Positions 34,317-47,514 of a DNA stretch of 64,000 bases are shown piece after piece (the stretch's first letter is position 1; each line of letters starts with the position of its first letter). The notes beneath the pieces are model-generated. The model saw only the letters and a program-made list of their open reading frames with translations, was not told where the DNA came from and made no database searches. The translations under genes and the position numbers were made by a program. This stretch comes from Macrostomum lignano (lineage: Eukaryota), in the NCBI GenBank assembly GCA_002269645.1, contig NIVC01000516.1:186001-250000 (forward strand), given 5' to 3'.

Positions 34317-37300
34317 ATGGAGGGTCGAGAAAGCTTTGCTAGTATTGCTTTTAATGAAGAACCACTACACACAAGATGTTGGTTACTGCCTGAAGGAAGG
34401 AAGGCAAGGTAAGAGAACTTAGATGCTAGTTATATGAGAGTACTTTTATTCTCTTGTCTTAACAATATCTAATTTGACTTAAACTTCTCATTTTAGAGCA
34501 ATTTTATTTATTGCCCATGGGTTAGGCGAGCACTCTGCTTGTTATGACAAACTTGTTGATATATTTGTATCCAAGGATATTCTTGTCTACTCCCATGATC
34601 ATTGTAAGTCTTAGCATTTGGCTTTGCTTGATTTTGCTATAAAAGTTATTTAATATATAGCTCAGAATAGTAACGTATATACTATGTAGAATAGAAGCTT
34701 TTCACTAGTCCAATATTCATTGTCTATAATTTTTCTTTTTATATGAATAGTTTATGATTCAATATATCGTATTATTTACTAAAAATCTATTATACATGAC
34801 TAGGTCAAGAGACAGTAAGACATTAGCCGTGTTACAATGCTATTACTTCATTATCTCATTATTATCTTATTCTATTAATAAATAGATTAGGAATTTTGTA
34901 GTATTACTTTAATGAGATTGTTGGAGTTCTATTCCCTCACTCTGCTCTAGTTTCTAGAGTTCTATTCCTATATTCTACTCTATAGTTTCTGAGTTCTATT
35001 CCTTCACTCTACTCTGGTTTCTAGAGTTCTATTCCCACATTCAGCTGTCAGCTCATAATTTTTATTCCACCAAAGTTCTACACCCACCCCATTGATTGCA
35101 CAGATGGGCACGGTCTGAGTCCTGGTGTGCCAGGCCTAGTCTCGAACATGCAGGACATTGTTGATCCAGTGCTAAGCCACGCCAGACAGATTCGGTCAGC
35201 CAATCCTGGCACACCAATTTTCCTCATGGGTCACTCCATGGGCGGACTGGCTGCGGTGCTGTGCGCAAAGGCTGAACCTGGTCTGTTTCGCGGCCTGTTG
35301 CTCAACGCACCAGCTCTGGGCGTTAATCCAGCATTTGCACCAGCTTGGAAGATTACCGTAGGCAGATGGTTGGCCTACCTGTGTCCACAAATGGTTATGC
35401 CGTTCTCAGAGATGAAGGTGCTGCGACTTTCTGTCTTAATTATTAACATAATCATAATCGTTATTAACATAATTAACATTATCCCCAATCGTCATGCCTT
35501 AAAAATTGTAGCTTATGTCAGTCCACTGTTTAATTCCCGAGAGGCCTACCATTTAAGTCCCTGTGAAACCGTTTAATTACCCAAGAGCCGACCGTTTAAT
35601 TCCCTGTGAAACCTTCCGTTTAATTCCCCAAGAGGCCGACCGTTTAATTCCCTGTGAAACCTCCGTTTAATTCCCCGAGAGGCCTACCGTTTAATTCCCC
35701 GAGAGGCCTACCGTTTAATTCCCCGAGAGGCCTACCGTTTAATTCCACGAGAGGCCTACCGTTTAATTCCACGAGAGGCCTACCGTTTAATTCCCCGAGA
35801 GGCCTACCGTTTAATTCCACGAGAGGCCTACCGTTTAATTCCCCGAGAGGCCTACCGTTTAATTCCACGAGAGGCCTACCGTTTAATTCCCCGAGAGGCC
35901 TACCATTTAATTCCACGAGAGGCCTACCGTTTAATTCCCCGAGAGGCCTACCGTTTAATTCCACGAGAGGCCTACCGTTTAATTCCCCGAGAGGCCTACC
36001 GTTTAATTCCACGAGAGGCCTACCGTTTAATTCCCCGAGAGGCCTACCGTTTAATTCCCGAGAGGCCTACCGTTTAATTCCACGAGAGGCCTACCGTTTA
36101 ATTCCCCGAGAGGCCTACCGTTTAATTCCACGAGAGGCCTACCGTTTAATTCCCCGAGAGGCCTACCGTTTAATTCCACGAGAGGCCTACCGTTTAATTC
36201 CCCGTGAGGCCTACCATTTAATTCCACGAGAGGCCTACCGTTTAATTCCCCGAGAGGCCTACCGTTTAATTCCACGAGAGGCCTACCGTTTAATTCCCCG
36301 AGAGGCCTACCGTTTAATTCCACGAGAGGCCTACCGTTTAATTCCCCGAGAGGCCTACCGTTTAATTCCCCGAGAGGCCTACCGTTTAATTCCACGAGAG
36401 GCCTACCGTTTAATTCCCCGTGAGGCCTATCATTTAATTCCACGAGAGGCCTACCGTTTAATTCGCCGAGAGGCCTACCGTTTAATTCCCCGAGAGGCCT
36501 ACCGTTTAATTCCCCGAGAGGCCTACCGTTTAATTCCCCGAGAGGCCTACCGTTTAATTCCACGAGAGGCCTACCGTTTAATTCCCCGAGAGGCCTACCG
36601 TTTAATTCCCCGAGAGGCCTACCGTTTAATTCCCCGAGAGGCCTACCGTTTAATTCCCCGAGAGGCCTACCGTTTAATTCCACGAGAGGCCTACCGTTTA
36701 ATTCCCCGAGAGGCCTACCGTTTAATTCCCCGAGAGGCCTACCGTTTAATTCCCGAGAGGCCTACCGTTTAATTCCCCGAGAGGCCTACCGTTTAATTCC
36801 ACGAGAGGCCTACCGTTTAATTCCCCGTGAGGCCTACCATTTAATTCCACGAGAGGCCTACCGTTTAATTCCCCGAGAGGCCTACCGTTAAATAATTCCC
36901 TGTAATACCTACCGTTTAATTCCTTGAGAGGCCTACCGTTTAATTCCCCGAGAGGCCTACCGTTAAATAATTCCCTGTAATACCTACCGTTTAATTCCCC
37001 GAGAGGCCTACCGTTAAATAATTCCCTGTAATACCTACCGTATAATTCCACGAGAGGCCTACCGCTTAATCTCCCAAAAGTTAGCACATAACGCAAATTT
37101 ATGTTGTGTTTTTTATTAATAAAAAACAGGTGGAATACCTGACCTCGGACGAGGCAATGCGGGAAGAGTTAAAAAACGACCCGCTACAGTTTAGTCGCGG
37201 AGTTCGCTGCGCCTCGGGCTTGGCTATCATTGACGCTATCGAGTCGCTGGCCGAGTACCGAGCTGACTTCCCCTTCATTGTGCTGCACGCCAGGCCCGAC

Positions 37301-38361
37301 ATGCTCACTTATTATCAGGGTAGCGAGCGATTCTTTCAACGGGCTGTCACTGAGGATAAAGAGTTTGTTAGCTTTGACAATCTGGGCCACCAGCTGCACT
37401 ATGAGGTAAGCCTAAGGCATTCGGCACACTATCGGTGTTTCATTGCGCGTGAGCTCATTGGTCCTCAATCGGTGTTTTCGTGTGTTTTTCTGCTTTCACT
37501 GACCACAATTTGTGTCTTGTATGTGTCTGGTATCATTGATCATCAGATGTGTCTCATTGATCATCAGATGTGTCTCGTTGATCCTCAGTTGTGTCACATT
37601 AATCCTCAGTTGTGTCTCATTGATCCTCAGTTGTGTGTCTCATTGATCCCTCAGTTGTGTCTCATTGATCCTCAGTTGTGTGTCTCATTGATCCCTCAGT
37701 TGTGTCTCATTGATCCTCAGTTGTGTGTCTCATTGATCCCTCAGTTGTGTCTCATTGATCCTCAGTTGTGTGTCTCATTGATCCTCAGTTGTGTGCCTCA
37801 TTGATCCTCAGATGTGTGCCTCAATGATCCTCAGTTGTGTGTCTCATTGATCCTCAGTTGTGTGCCTCATTGATCCTCAGTTGTGTGCCTCATTGATCCT
37901 CAGTTGGGTGCCTCATTGATCCTCAGTTGTGTGCCTCATTGATCCTCAGTTGTGTCTCATTGATCCTGAATTGTGTCTTATTGATCCTCAGTTGTCACTC
38001 ATTTATTGGTCCTCAGCTGTGTCTCATTGATCCTCAGTTGTCACTCATTTATTGGTCCTCAGCTGTGTCTCATTGATCCTCAGTTGTCACTCATTTATTG
38101 GTCCTCAGCTGTGTCTCATTGATCCTCAGTTGTCACTCATTTATTGGTCCTCAGCTGTGTCTCATTTATTGGTCCTCAGCTGTGTTTCATTAGTCCTCAG
38201 TTGGGTGTCATTGGTCCTGTTTATTAACAAATTTAATGCCTCCTACTTATCAAGCTAGTAATATATAGCGAAATTGATTTCCCTTTCAATTTATCCAGGT
38301 CGAGCCTTACCGGAGCCAAGTCCGAGAGGCGATGTGCAATTGGATTCTCAGCAGGTGTTAA
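34317..38361 (+). CDS. Monoglyceride lipase-like alpha/beta hydrolase, 5 exons: 34317-34408, 34497-34603, 35104-35417, 37130-37405, 38299-38361
   Basis: All junctions are GT-AG with consistent phases. Motifs: AHGLGEHS, DHYGHGLS, the nucleophile GHSMGG, acid LHARPD and histidine GHQLHYE. The exon 3 donor (GTGCTG) is weak. Confidence 0.88.
35520..37075. repeat. 24-bp minisatellite (CCGTTTAATTCCMCGAGAGGCCTA)n in lipase intron 3
   Basis: About 60 units. Gives spurious PFNSPRGL / ELNGRPLG ORFs. Confidence 0.97.
37540..38222. repeat. ~21-23-bp minisatellite (GTCTCATTGATCCTCAGTTGT) in lipase intron 4
   Basis: Tandem degenerate units. Confidence 0.93.
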
Positions 38362-39814
38362 TTATGTCTAATTAACTCCGCCAATCGATTAAAACAAATT
38401 GGTACAATTAAACTACAAAGTAAAGCTCGCGAAAACGAAGATAATTGCTGACTCTTATCAATTCATCGGGAAAACTTCTTAAGTCACTTTACATTCGCTT
38501 GCTAGCATGATTTCAGAAATGTTTGTTTTCAAAATTCTAATAGCTTCTATTCTGTCTGCTATATAGTAATTAATTGTTCTCATGGTTTTGTTTGTCACCC
38601 CTCCTTAACTGTTGTGTGCGCATTGCCTACTTCTCTATCCAGTTTAATCCCCTGTGAAACAATCAGTTAATTGAGTCACTTAATGATTAAGGGGCACTGC
38701 GGCTATTCAAGGCGACAGCCAACCAGCCATCGAGGACGCAAGCTGTCATGTCCGTCACTGACTACTAAAAGTAGAAGGATGGGAGACCTCGTTTCTTGGA
38801 AAAATTTTCATTTGCTTTACGCTAAATTCACTACTTAAAAAGTTTAGAAATATTTTATTGAAAATTATTTAATCATTTGCGAAAGAATACTTGACTTCAC
38901 AAAATCACAAAAAGTTATATTTAAAGACGATCAGTCGATCTGCATCTGGCAAAATGCATTTTTGAAAGTTTCTATGAAAATTGTCTCAGATACAATCTAC
39001 TTTCAATAAAAAACATTTTGCGTTTCTAAGAAAATTTTTGAAATTCTAAGAAACAATCATCGTTCTATCTCTGTTTTTAACAAAAAGCATTTATCGTGTC
39101 TAAGAAAATTTTCTAAGAAACGATTATTTGATAGTTTGCTCCTAGCAAAAAGCAATTTTCCTCGTTTTCAGTAAATTTCTAAGAAACGAGTAGAAATGAT
39201 AATCTGCTTCCACAAAAAAGCAACTTTTCTTTCTAAGAAAAATTTCTAAGAAATGACGCCCCCGTCCCTCTGCTGTCATTGCTGATCATTTATTTTTAGT
39301 GTCTGAAGTTTTTAGATTTTAAAAGAATATATAATTATTTTCCGCGAAATTTTGTGTTTTTCTGTCGTGTTTTACTTATTAAATTAATAATCTCTATAGT
39401 AACTGAACTGATTGCTGTTATTATCAACACAGCGCCAGTCTGCGTGCACCAACGTGTTCATTAGGTGTCTTTGTATCTCATTAAGTCAACGATTATCTGA
39501 AATTGTCATTTTTGCAAGTGCATTAAAACTATTGGCTAATTAGCTCGGTTTATTTTGTTAGGCAAATGCAGACAGGAAGGCCATAGCCAAGAGAGTTAAG
39601 GGAGGTCCGTCACTCTGCCATCTGCTTATTCACACCAAGTAAAATCAAACTCCCTTGTGCTGTAGGTCGTGTAACGGGCCTCATCGATTCTGAGAGATTG
39701 ATGGACGGAGACAGAAAATGAGAATAAAATTAGCAAACAGCGCCCCACAACAAGTTGGGGAGCCAACAAAGAATATAATAAAAAATTGAATAAACTGCAT
39801 GCAGCTTCTGATCT

Positions 39815-40175
39815 CTCAGCCTTGACATTTCGGCAATTCCCCGTCAGCCTTGACATCTCAGCAATTCCCCGTCAGCCTTGACATCTCAGCAATTCCCCGT
39901 CAGCCTTGACATCTCAGCAATCCTTCCCCTCAGCCTTGACATCTCAGCAATTCCCCGTCAGCCTTGACATCTCAGCAATTCCCCGTCAGCCTTGACATCT
40001 CAGCAATCCTTCCCCTCAGCCTTGACATCTCAGCAATTCCCCGTCAGCCTTGACATCTCAGCAATCCCCCCTCAGCCTTGACATCTCAGCAATCCCCCCT
40101 CAGCCTTGACATCTCAGCAATCCCCCCTCAGCCTTGACATCTCAGCAATCCCCCCTCAGCCTTGACATCTCAGCA
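39815..40175. repeat. ~26-29-bp minisatellite (CAGCCTTGACATCTCAGCAATTCCCCGT)
   Basis: About 13 tandem units. Confidence 0.93.
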
Positions 40176-41069
40176 AAGAAGCTACAGAACGAGTGTAGCA
40201 TGTACTGTCTGATCTCTCTCCTTCGCTCACGCCCTAGCCTTCTCCAACGTGCCCCGGCATCGCTTTTTCGCTCTTGCATTGTCACACAACAATGGCACGC
40301 TGTGCTCACTATGCACTACTAAAGAAATTTATAATATATATAAGCTCACATATACGTCCATGAAGTTATATAACAATCGAGTGACCAATGCATGCAGCAT
40401 TATTTGGTCACTCGTTATACCTGTATACATGTAGCTTCTTTGGTCACTCGATCTCCAGGCTGCTCGCTCAAAATGCTGGTAAGCTTGATCTCCATCTCCA
40501 CCCAGAAATCCAATATAAAAATCTGTGAAAAGCCAAATTTCCTGCCCTGCAATACGAGCATGGAACTTGTTGCCCTGTGAATTATCCTAATACAGTTTTT
40601 CCATACATGAATGCTAATCTTATTTCTGCCAAAACTCGAGCTGGCTCTCCATCGCGCAAGGCCTCGCCTTGGAAATCAATCGACTTTTTGCTCTACAGAG
40701 AGCATGCATTATTATTATTCGGTGACATCTGACTCGCAGAGAGAGAATTTAGATTAATACAGTGCCATATCACTTTCATCTCTCGGTCGATCGTATCAGC
40801 ATTCGGTTGGAGAGCCACTCCATCCCCCCAGTCCGAGGACCCCTTGGGATCTGCTTTCTTGCATCGATTAATTCGATTATGATGCCACGTGAATTCTATT
40901 TCAATATTCACTGAGAGACTGGGAGAGGGTTTCTCAGGCTACTCGATACAGAGACATGTGAGTACCCTTGCCATGAATTGTGTATTAGGATTGCTTTTGG
41001 AATTATATAGCTGATTATCTTTATCTGGCCTTTAAAACACTGTATGCCCATACTTTGCAGTGCAGTTCT

Positions 41070-43268
41070 AGAAATTCAGCTTCTTTGGTACCTCGTTGTG
41101 TAGCTTCTTTGGTACCTCGTTGTGTAGCTTCTTTGGTACCTCGTTGTGTAGCTTTTTTGGTCAGTTGTTATTTGGCTTCTTTGGTCACTCGTTATGTAGC
41201 TTCTATGGTCACTCGTTATGCAGCTTCTTTCGTCACTTTTTATGTAGCTTCTTTGGTCACTCGTTATGTAGCTTCTTTGGTCACTCGTTATGCGGCTTCG
41301 TTCGTCACGATCGTTATGTAGCTTCTTTCGTCACGATCGTTATGTAGCTTCTTTCGTCACGATCGTTATGTAGCTTCTTTGGTCACTCTTTGTGTAGCTT
41401 CTTTGGTCACTCTTTGTGTAGCTTCTTTGGTCACTCGTTGTGTAGCTTCTTTGGTCACTCGTTATATAGCTTCTTTGGTCACTCGTTATGTAGCTTATTT
41501 GGTCACTCGTTATGCGGCTTCTTTCGTCACGATCGTTATGTAGCTTCTTTCGTCACGATCGTTATGTAGCTTCTTTCGTCACGATCGTTATGTAGCTTCT
41601 TTGGTCACTCGTTGTGTAGCTTCTTTTGTCACTCTTTATGTTGCTTCTATGGTCACTCGTTATATAGCTTCTTTGGTCTCTTTATGTTGCTTCTATGGTC
41701 ACTCGTTATAGAGCTTCTTTGGTCTCTTTATGTTGCTTCTATGGTCACTTGTTATATAGCTTCTTTGGTCTCTTTATGTTGCTTCTATGGTCACTCGTTA
41801 TAGAGCTTCTTTGGTCTCTTTATGTTGCTTCTATGGTCACTCGTTGTGTAGCTTCTTTTGTCACTCTTTATGTTGCTTCTTTGGTCACTCGTTATGTAGC
41901 TTCTTTCGTCACTCGTTGTGTAGCTTCTTCGGTCACTCGTTGTGTAGCTTCTTTGGTCACTCGTTGTGTAGCTTCTTCGGTCACTCGTTGTGTAGCTTCT
42001 TTGGTCACTCGTTGTGTAGCTTCTTTGATCACTCGTTATGTAGCTTCTTTGGTCACTCGTTGTGTAGCTTCTTTGATCACTCGTTGTGTAGCTTCTTTCG
42101 TCACTCGTTGTGTAGCTTCTTTCGTCACTCGTTGTGTAGCTTCTTTGGTCACTCGTTGTGTAGCTTCTTTGATCACTCGTTATGTAGCTTCTTTGATCAC
42201 TCGTTGTGTAGCTTCTTTGATCACTCGTTGTGTAGCTTCTTTGGTCACTCGTTGTGTAGCTTCTTTGGTCACTCGTTGTGTAGCTTCTTTGATCACTCGT
42301 TGTATAGCTTCTTTGGTCACTCGTTGTATAGCTTCTTTTGTCACTCTTTATGTTGCTTCTATAGTCACTCGTTATATAGCTTCTTTGGTCTCTTTATGTT
42401 GCTTCTATGGTCACTCGTTATAGAGCTTCTTTGGTCTCTTTATGTTGCTTCTATGGTCACTCGTTATATAGCTTCTTTGGTCTCTTTATGTTGCTTCTAT
42501 GGTCACTCGTTATATAGCTTCTTTGGTCACTCGTTATGTAGCTTCTTTCGTCACTCGTTGTGTAGCTTCTTCGGTCACTCGTTATGTAGCTTCTTTGGTC
42601 ACTCGTTATGTAGCTTATTTGGTCACTCGTTATGTAGCTTCTTTGATCACTCGTTGTGTAGCTTCTTTGGTCACTCGTTGTGTAGCTTCTTTGGTCACTC
42701 GTTGTGTAGCTTCTTTGGTCACTCGTTGTGTAGCTTCTTTGGTCACTCGTTGTGTAGCTTCTTTGATCACTCGTTATGTAGCTTCTTTGGTCACTCGTTG
42801 TGTAGCTTCTTTGATCACTCGTTGTGTAGCTTCTTTCGTCACTCGTTGTGTAGCTTCTTTCGTCACTCGTTGTGTAGCTTCTTTGGTCACTCGTTGTGTA
42901 GCTTCTTTGATCACTCGTTATGTAGCTTCTTTGATCACTCGTTGTGTAGCTTCTTTGATCACTCGTTGTGTAGCTTCTTTGGTCACTCGTTGTGTAGCTT
43001 CTTTGGTCACTCGTTGTGTAGCTTCTTTGATCACTCGTTGTATAGCTTCTTTGGTCACTCGTTGTATAGCTTCTTTGGTCACTCGTTGTGTAGCTTCTTT
43101 GGTCACTCGTTGTGTAGCTTCTTTGGTCACTCGTTGTGTAGCTTCTTTGGTCACTCGTTATGTAGCTTCTTTGGTCACTCGTTGTGTAGCTTCTTTGGTC
43201 ACTCGTTGTGTAGCTTCTTTCGTCACTCGTTGTGTAGCTTCTTTGGTCACTCGTTATGTAGCTTCTTG
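41070..43268. repeat. 24-bp minisatellite (GTAGCTTCTTTGGTCACTCGTTRT)n
   Basis: About 90 units. Gives spurious VASLVTRC / SFFGHSLC ORFs. Confidence 0.97.
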
Positions 43269-44245
43269 GCACACATCTTGATGCATACTGTAAGACGCGA
43301 AATTCAGCTTATACGCCCCCATGCATAGGAAATATTAGCCACGCTTCTGGGTCTCACGTCGCCTTTGCAGCTCTCTGGGAAGAGATGTTTTACGGGAGAA
43401 CCCGTGCCATTGAGTGGCAGTCCTTGGGAAGAGCCTGACCCAAAGCCTGACCTCATTAATGCCTCTGAATACGCTCGCAGGATGTCTGCTTGAAAAGTCG
43501 CGGCTAAAGCAATCGCGGCAAGACCAAGCTATAAATTGGCCTCCTAGCAAAACTTCTTTTTCTATCCTCCCCCTGGCTGTGCTTAATTTCGCGCTCCGTT
43601 GAGATTTAAATCCTCACTATAGAAAATAGGCAGTACTCATACTAATATATAAGCTACTCAGCAAAAACTGGTTCCGCAGACGATTTGCATCTAATCAAAG
43701 CTCAAAAGACTCGTTTCGTTTTTTTTTGTTCTGAGATGCAGACAGTTGAAAGAAGAGAGGCACTGAATTAATTATTTAATGGCAAATATAGTATGGGCAT
43801 CGAATGGGACGGACTGACTTGTTTATAGAGACCTGAATTGAAGGCAAGCAGTTGGCGCAATGGAAGCGAGTCGTGAGCAAGCCAAGCGAAAGTTAAAGTC
43901 TCTTGTTTTCTACTTCGCTCCCTGCTCTACGATGCTGTATCACTCTGGTCCTATTGAGCAGCGCCATTAACTGGTTTATTAGTGTAGAGAGCAGTGAAGA
44001 TAACATCTCTCTCTCTCTCTGTGTTCTCATCTCTGTCTCCGACTGTCTGTCTTTCTACAGCTTGGCTTAGCTGATGCCATGGTCTCTTCTGGTTTGCTGA
44101 GCCCAGCCTTGGCCAATGGAGAGAGCGCAGCGACCCGTCAGTCAGTCTACGGCTCCTTATTCCCACTGGGGGAGCTAGCTTCAGCTAATATCTCTCTCTG
44201 TCGTCTCTACACTGGATGCCTAACCCTCGACGGTTTAGCATAGCC

Positions 44246-46836
44246 ATGACTGCTCAGCTTCTTTGTCGTCTTCATCAACTCATCTTGCTGTCCAATTTGT
44301 TGGCCTTTTCATCTCAACAACAACAGCAGCAGGCGTGGCAGCCTCCGCAGGCTGAACTGCCGTCGCCTCAATGCGTCTGCTTCGTTCGTAGACCGGACAG
44401 TGAACACCCGCCGCACCAGCAGCAGCATCCGCAGCAGCAGCTGTTCTGCCGGAACCGGCACTCTCTGCCGGGCGACCCCGCCACGACTTCAGCCGGTCAC
44501 GTTGGCGGTCGGCCAGTGGCCAAGGACTTTCTTTGCTCCCACGGCCGCCTGTTCGTCCGCAGCGCCGGCGTCACCGCTATCGAGGGCGAACTGGCGCGCA
44601 GTCTGGAAGTGGCGCCCAGACTGCAGTGGCTCGACTTGAGCGACAATCAGCTTGGCGCCCTGCAGCAGCCGCACTTCGCTTCGATGCCAAACTTGCGTCG
44701 TCTTGAGCTACAGAACAACGCCATCGCGTCTGTCGGCTTCCAGGCGTTCGATCGGCTTCGATTTCTCATCTACCTGGACCTCAGCCACAATCGACTCGAC
44801 GAGGTCACGGCGCTCACCTTCGGCACGAGGCGAGTCCGCGAGCGCCACCCGAGCGCCGGCTCGCCCTGCGGCATCCGCAGCCTCCGCTTCCTTTATTTGA
44901 ACGACAACCGCATAAGTCGCGTCGAGCCGAACAGCTTCGAATGCCTCGAAGCGCTCGAGGAGCTCCGACTGGAGCGCAACCTCATCGCTGTGCTACCGAA
45001 CTTCGCTTTCAAATGGCTGAACTCGCTCAACAGTCTGAAGCTGCATGGCAACCGGCTGGAAAGCGTGGAAGAATTCGCATTCGGCCACTGCTGCGGCCGC
45101 CTGACTCAGCTCAGCCTGGTGGACAATCAGCTTGGCTACCTGCCGGACCATCTGCTCATCGGCATGCCGAATCTCACCGGGCTCTACCTGGACCGAAACC
45201 AATTCGATCGAGTGCCCAGCGTTCGAGGACCAGCCAGACTAATGGACTTTCACCTGCAAAGAAACCACATTGTCCGAATTAGGCGCCGGCACTTCCTGGC
45301 CTGGTCAGCCGCGGCCGAGTCATTGAACATGTTCGACAACAGCCTGCGCTGGATCGAGGACGGCGCCTTCGGCGGCCTGCCGCCGGGCACGGTCAGCCTT
45401 GTGCTGCAGAAGAACGAGCTGAGCAGCTTGGGCCAGCGGACACTGGACGGCTTGACTCACCTGAGGTACCTGGTGCTGGCAGACAATCGAATTGACAGCA
45501 TCGAGGATGGCGCCTTCGGACACCTGGTCCGGCTGGAGACTCTTTCGCTGGCCGGGAACCGGCTGACCAGCCTGCGGCCGAACATGTTCGCCGGGCTAAA
45601 TCGGACATTTGCGCTGAGCTTGGGTAGCAACCAGATTTCGAGGTGTGTTTCTATTTGTGTTTTCATTCGCGAGCAACTCCTAAAATGCTCCATATCCCCT
45701 CCCTATCTTACCCTAACAGCCTCCCAACCAAAGCGTTCTCCCGCCTGCCCAGTCTGAAGTATCTCTACCTGGAGAAGAACAGCCTGGACTCTGTGCCAGC
45801 CGGCATGCTCTTGGGACTGAACCGCCTCAAGAAGCTGGACCTCAGCGACAACCGCATCTCCAGGCTGCACCCGCAGGCCCTGGCCAGCCAGACTGACCTC
45901 GCCTTCCTCGACCTCAGCGGCAACCGGCTCAGTCGGCTCTGCTCAGCTCAGCTGCTCGGACCCGCCAATCGGCTGAGCTTCCTGTCTCTGGCCAAGAACC
46001 GCCTGACCCGGCTCGACCCCGACCTGCTGTCCGGCCTCAACCGCTTGCAGGTGCTCGACCTGAGCAGCAATCGGTTGACTCGATTCGACGGCGACCAATC
46101 CGACCCGCGGCTCACTGGCGGGCCGGCCCGGCTGCGCTCGCTGGATCTGGCCGGAAATCCACGGCTGCAGCTCACCGGCTGCTCCCTGTGCGGCCTGGAG
46201 ACTCTGCGCTACATCCGTCTGCCCGGAGTCGTCAACGGCAGCGGCATCGGCGACCTGCTGCAGGACCCGTCGTCGCCGTGCTCCTCGCCCGGCCAGCGAG
46301 CCGCCTGCCAGACACTGCGGCGAGCTGAACTGGAGCAGCTGCGCACTGCGGCTTGTCGACAGCTGCCAGAAGACGCATCGATTCAAGGAGGAACCGCGCC
46401 ACCGTCCACTGCGGCAGCGGCGGCAGCAGCAGCAGCAGCTGGCGATGCCAGTCTGCATCGGGCGATGCTTCTCGTATCGCTGCCGGCTGTGAGCCTCCTG
46501 CTGCTGACGCTGCTGGCCATAGCAACCGTGTACTGCTGCTTGGCCTCGATGCGGAAGCGGCGGCGGCAGCAGCAGCGCTCAAGGCCGGTGGACGAGTCTG
46601 GGCCGGCAGCGGGTCTGTCGGCTGAGCTGACTCTGCCGGCGTCAGCGAGACATCGGCAGCTGCACGACGATTGTCAGCCCGGCGTCGGCCTGTTGGAGTT
46701 GAACATCGCGCAGCAGCGACTGTTCCAGCAGCGGCAGCAGCGGCAGCACAGAGGCTCCTGTTGCTCATCGTCTGTCGCGTCGTCCGGCTCCGAGATGCCG
46801 AAGTTTTCCAACAAAGTGTACAGCAACCTGCTGTAG
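44246..46836 (+). CDS. Extracellular leucine-rich-repeat single-pass receptor, 2 exons (44246-45642, 45720-46836)
   Basis: Signal peptide MTAQLLCRLHQLILLSNLLAFS and about 20 LxxLxLxxNxL repeats. A 77-bp GT-AG intron with a CTAAC branch point joins the two track ORFs in frame. The TM helix LLVSLPAVSLLLLTLLAIATVYCCL is followed by RKRRR and a short tail ending VYSNLL. An upstream in-frame ATG at 44216 is an alternative start. Confidence 0.9.
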
Positions 46837-47095
46837 TTGCGACTGGATGATTCCTGTCATGCATGCAGTTTTCTCCTGATTAAATTTGACATTTCTATTA
46901 ACCAATTAAACAAAAAAAAAAGTTTTCAAAATTTCTATTCTTAATTTTTCATCAAAACTATTGAAATTTGAACTTTTTCTCTAGGTTACTTTGGAATTGA
47001 GAAGTAATTGGAGATTACTTACTATAAACACTTGCAATTTAGAAGTCGCATTAGCGCTAAATTGCTATGAATCATACGGAGGTCAGGTTGAAAAT

Positions 47096-47395
47096 TAGCT
47101 CGGAGGTAAACGCGTTCGACTCTCGCACCACGACCCCTGGTTCGATTCCCTGAGCAGCCTAAGGGATTTTAGCCTAGTGGTCAGAGCGTCGGACTCGCGA
47201 CTTGAAGGTCGGGGGTTCGATTCCCGATCCCACTCGGAACAATTTGTGACTTTGAGCAAGACCAATTAACTCTGCATTGCTTCAGATGCGCCGCGCAATA
47301 GCTGCGGCTGAGCTGTCGGTTGACGGTTGCACATCTGGCCCAATTGGGGCAGGTGTAATCAATTATTATTAATTGTTGTGCACAATAAATTAACT
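47096..47395 (+). mobile_element. tRNA-derived SINE with two tandem tRNA-like heads
   Basis: Pol III A/B boxes: TAGCTCGGAGG (47096) with GGTTCGATTCC (47139), and TAGCCTAGTGG (47170) with GGTTCGATTCC (47214). The body continues ...GACTTTGAGCAAG...TTAAC... and ends in an ATT-rich tail. No intact cloverleaf with a paired acceptor stem. Confidence 0.65.
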
Positions 47396-47514
47396 GGGGT
47401 TGGGCCAACCCACAAGGCACAGAGACTGTACATGTCTGGCAATTAGAAAGTCGGGGCTGCTGTACACCCTGTGTGAGCGCGTGTTTGAATGCGTGCCTGC
47501 GTACAGTATTGGCG

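Noticed and set aside
47096-47230. Functional tRNA genes
   Set aside because: A and B boxes are present, but acceptor stems do not pair and a SINE-like body follows.
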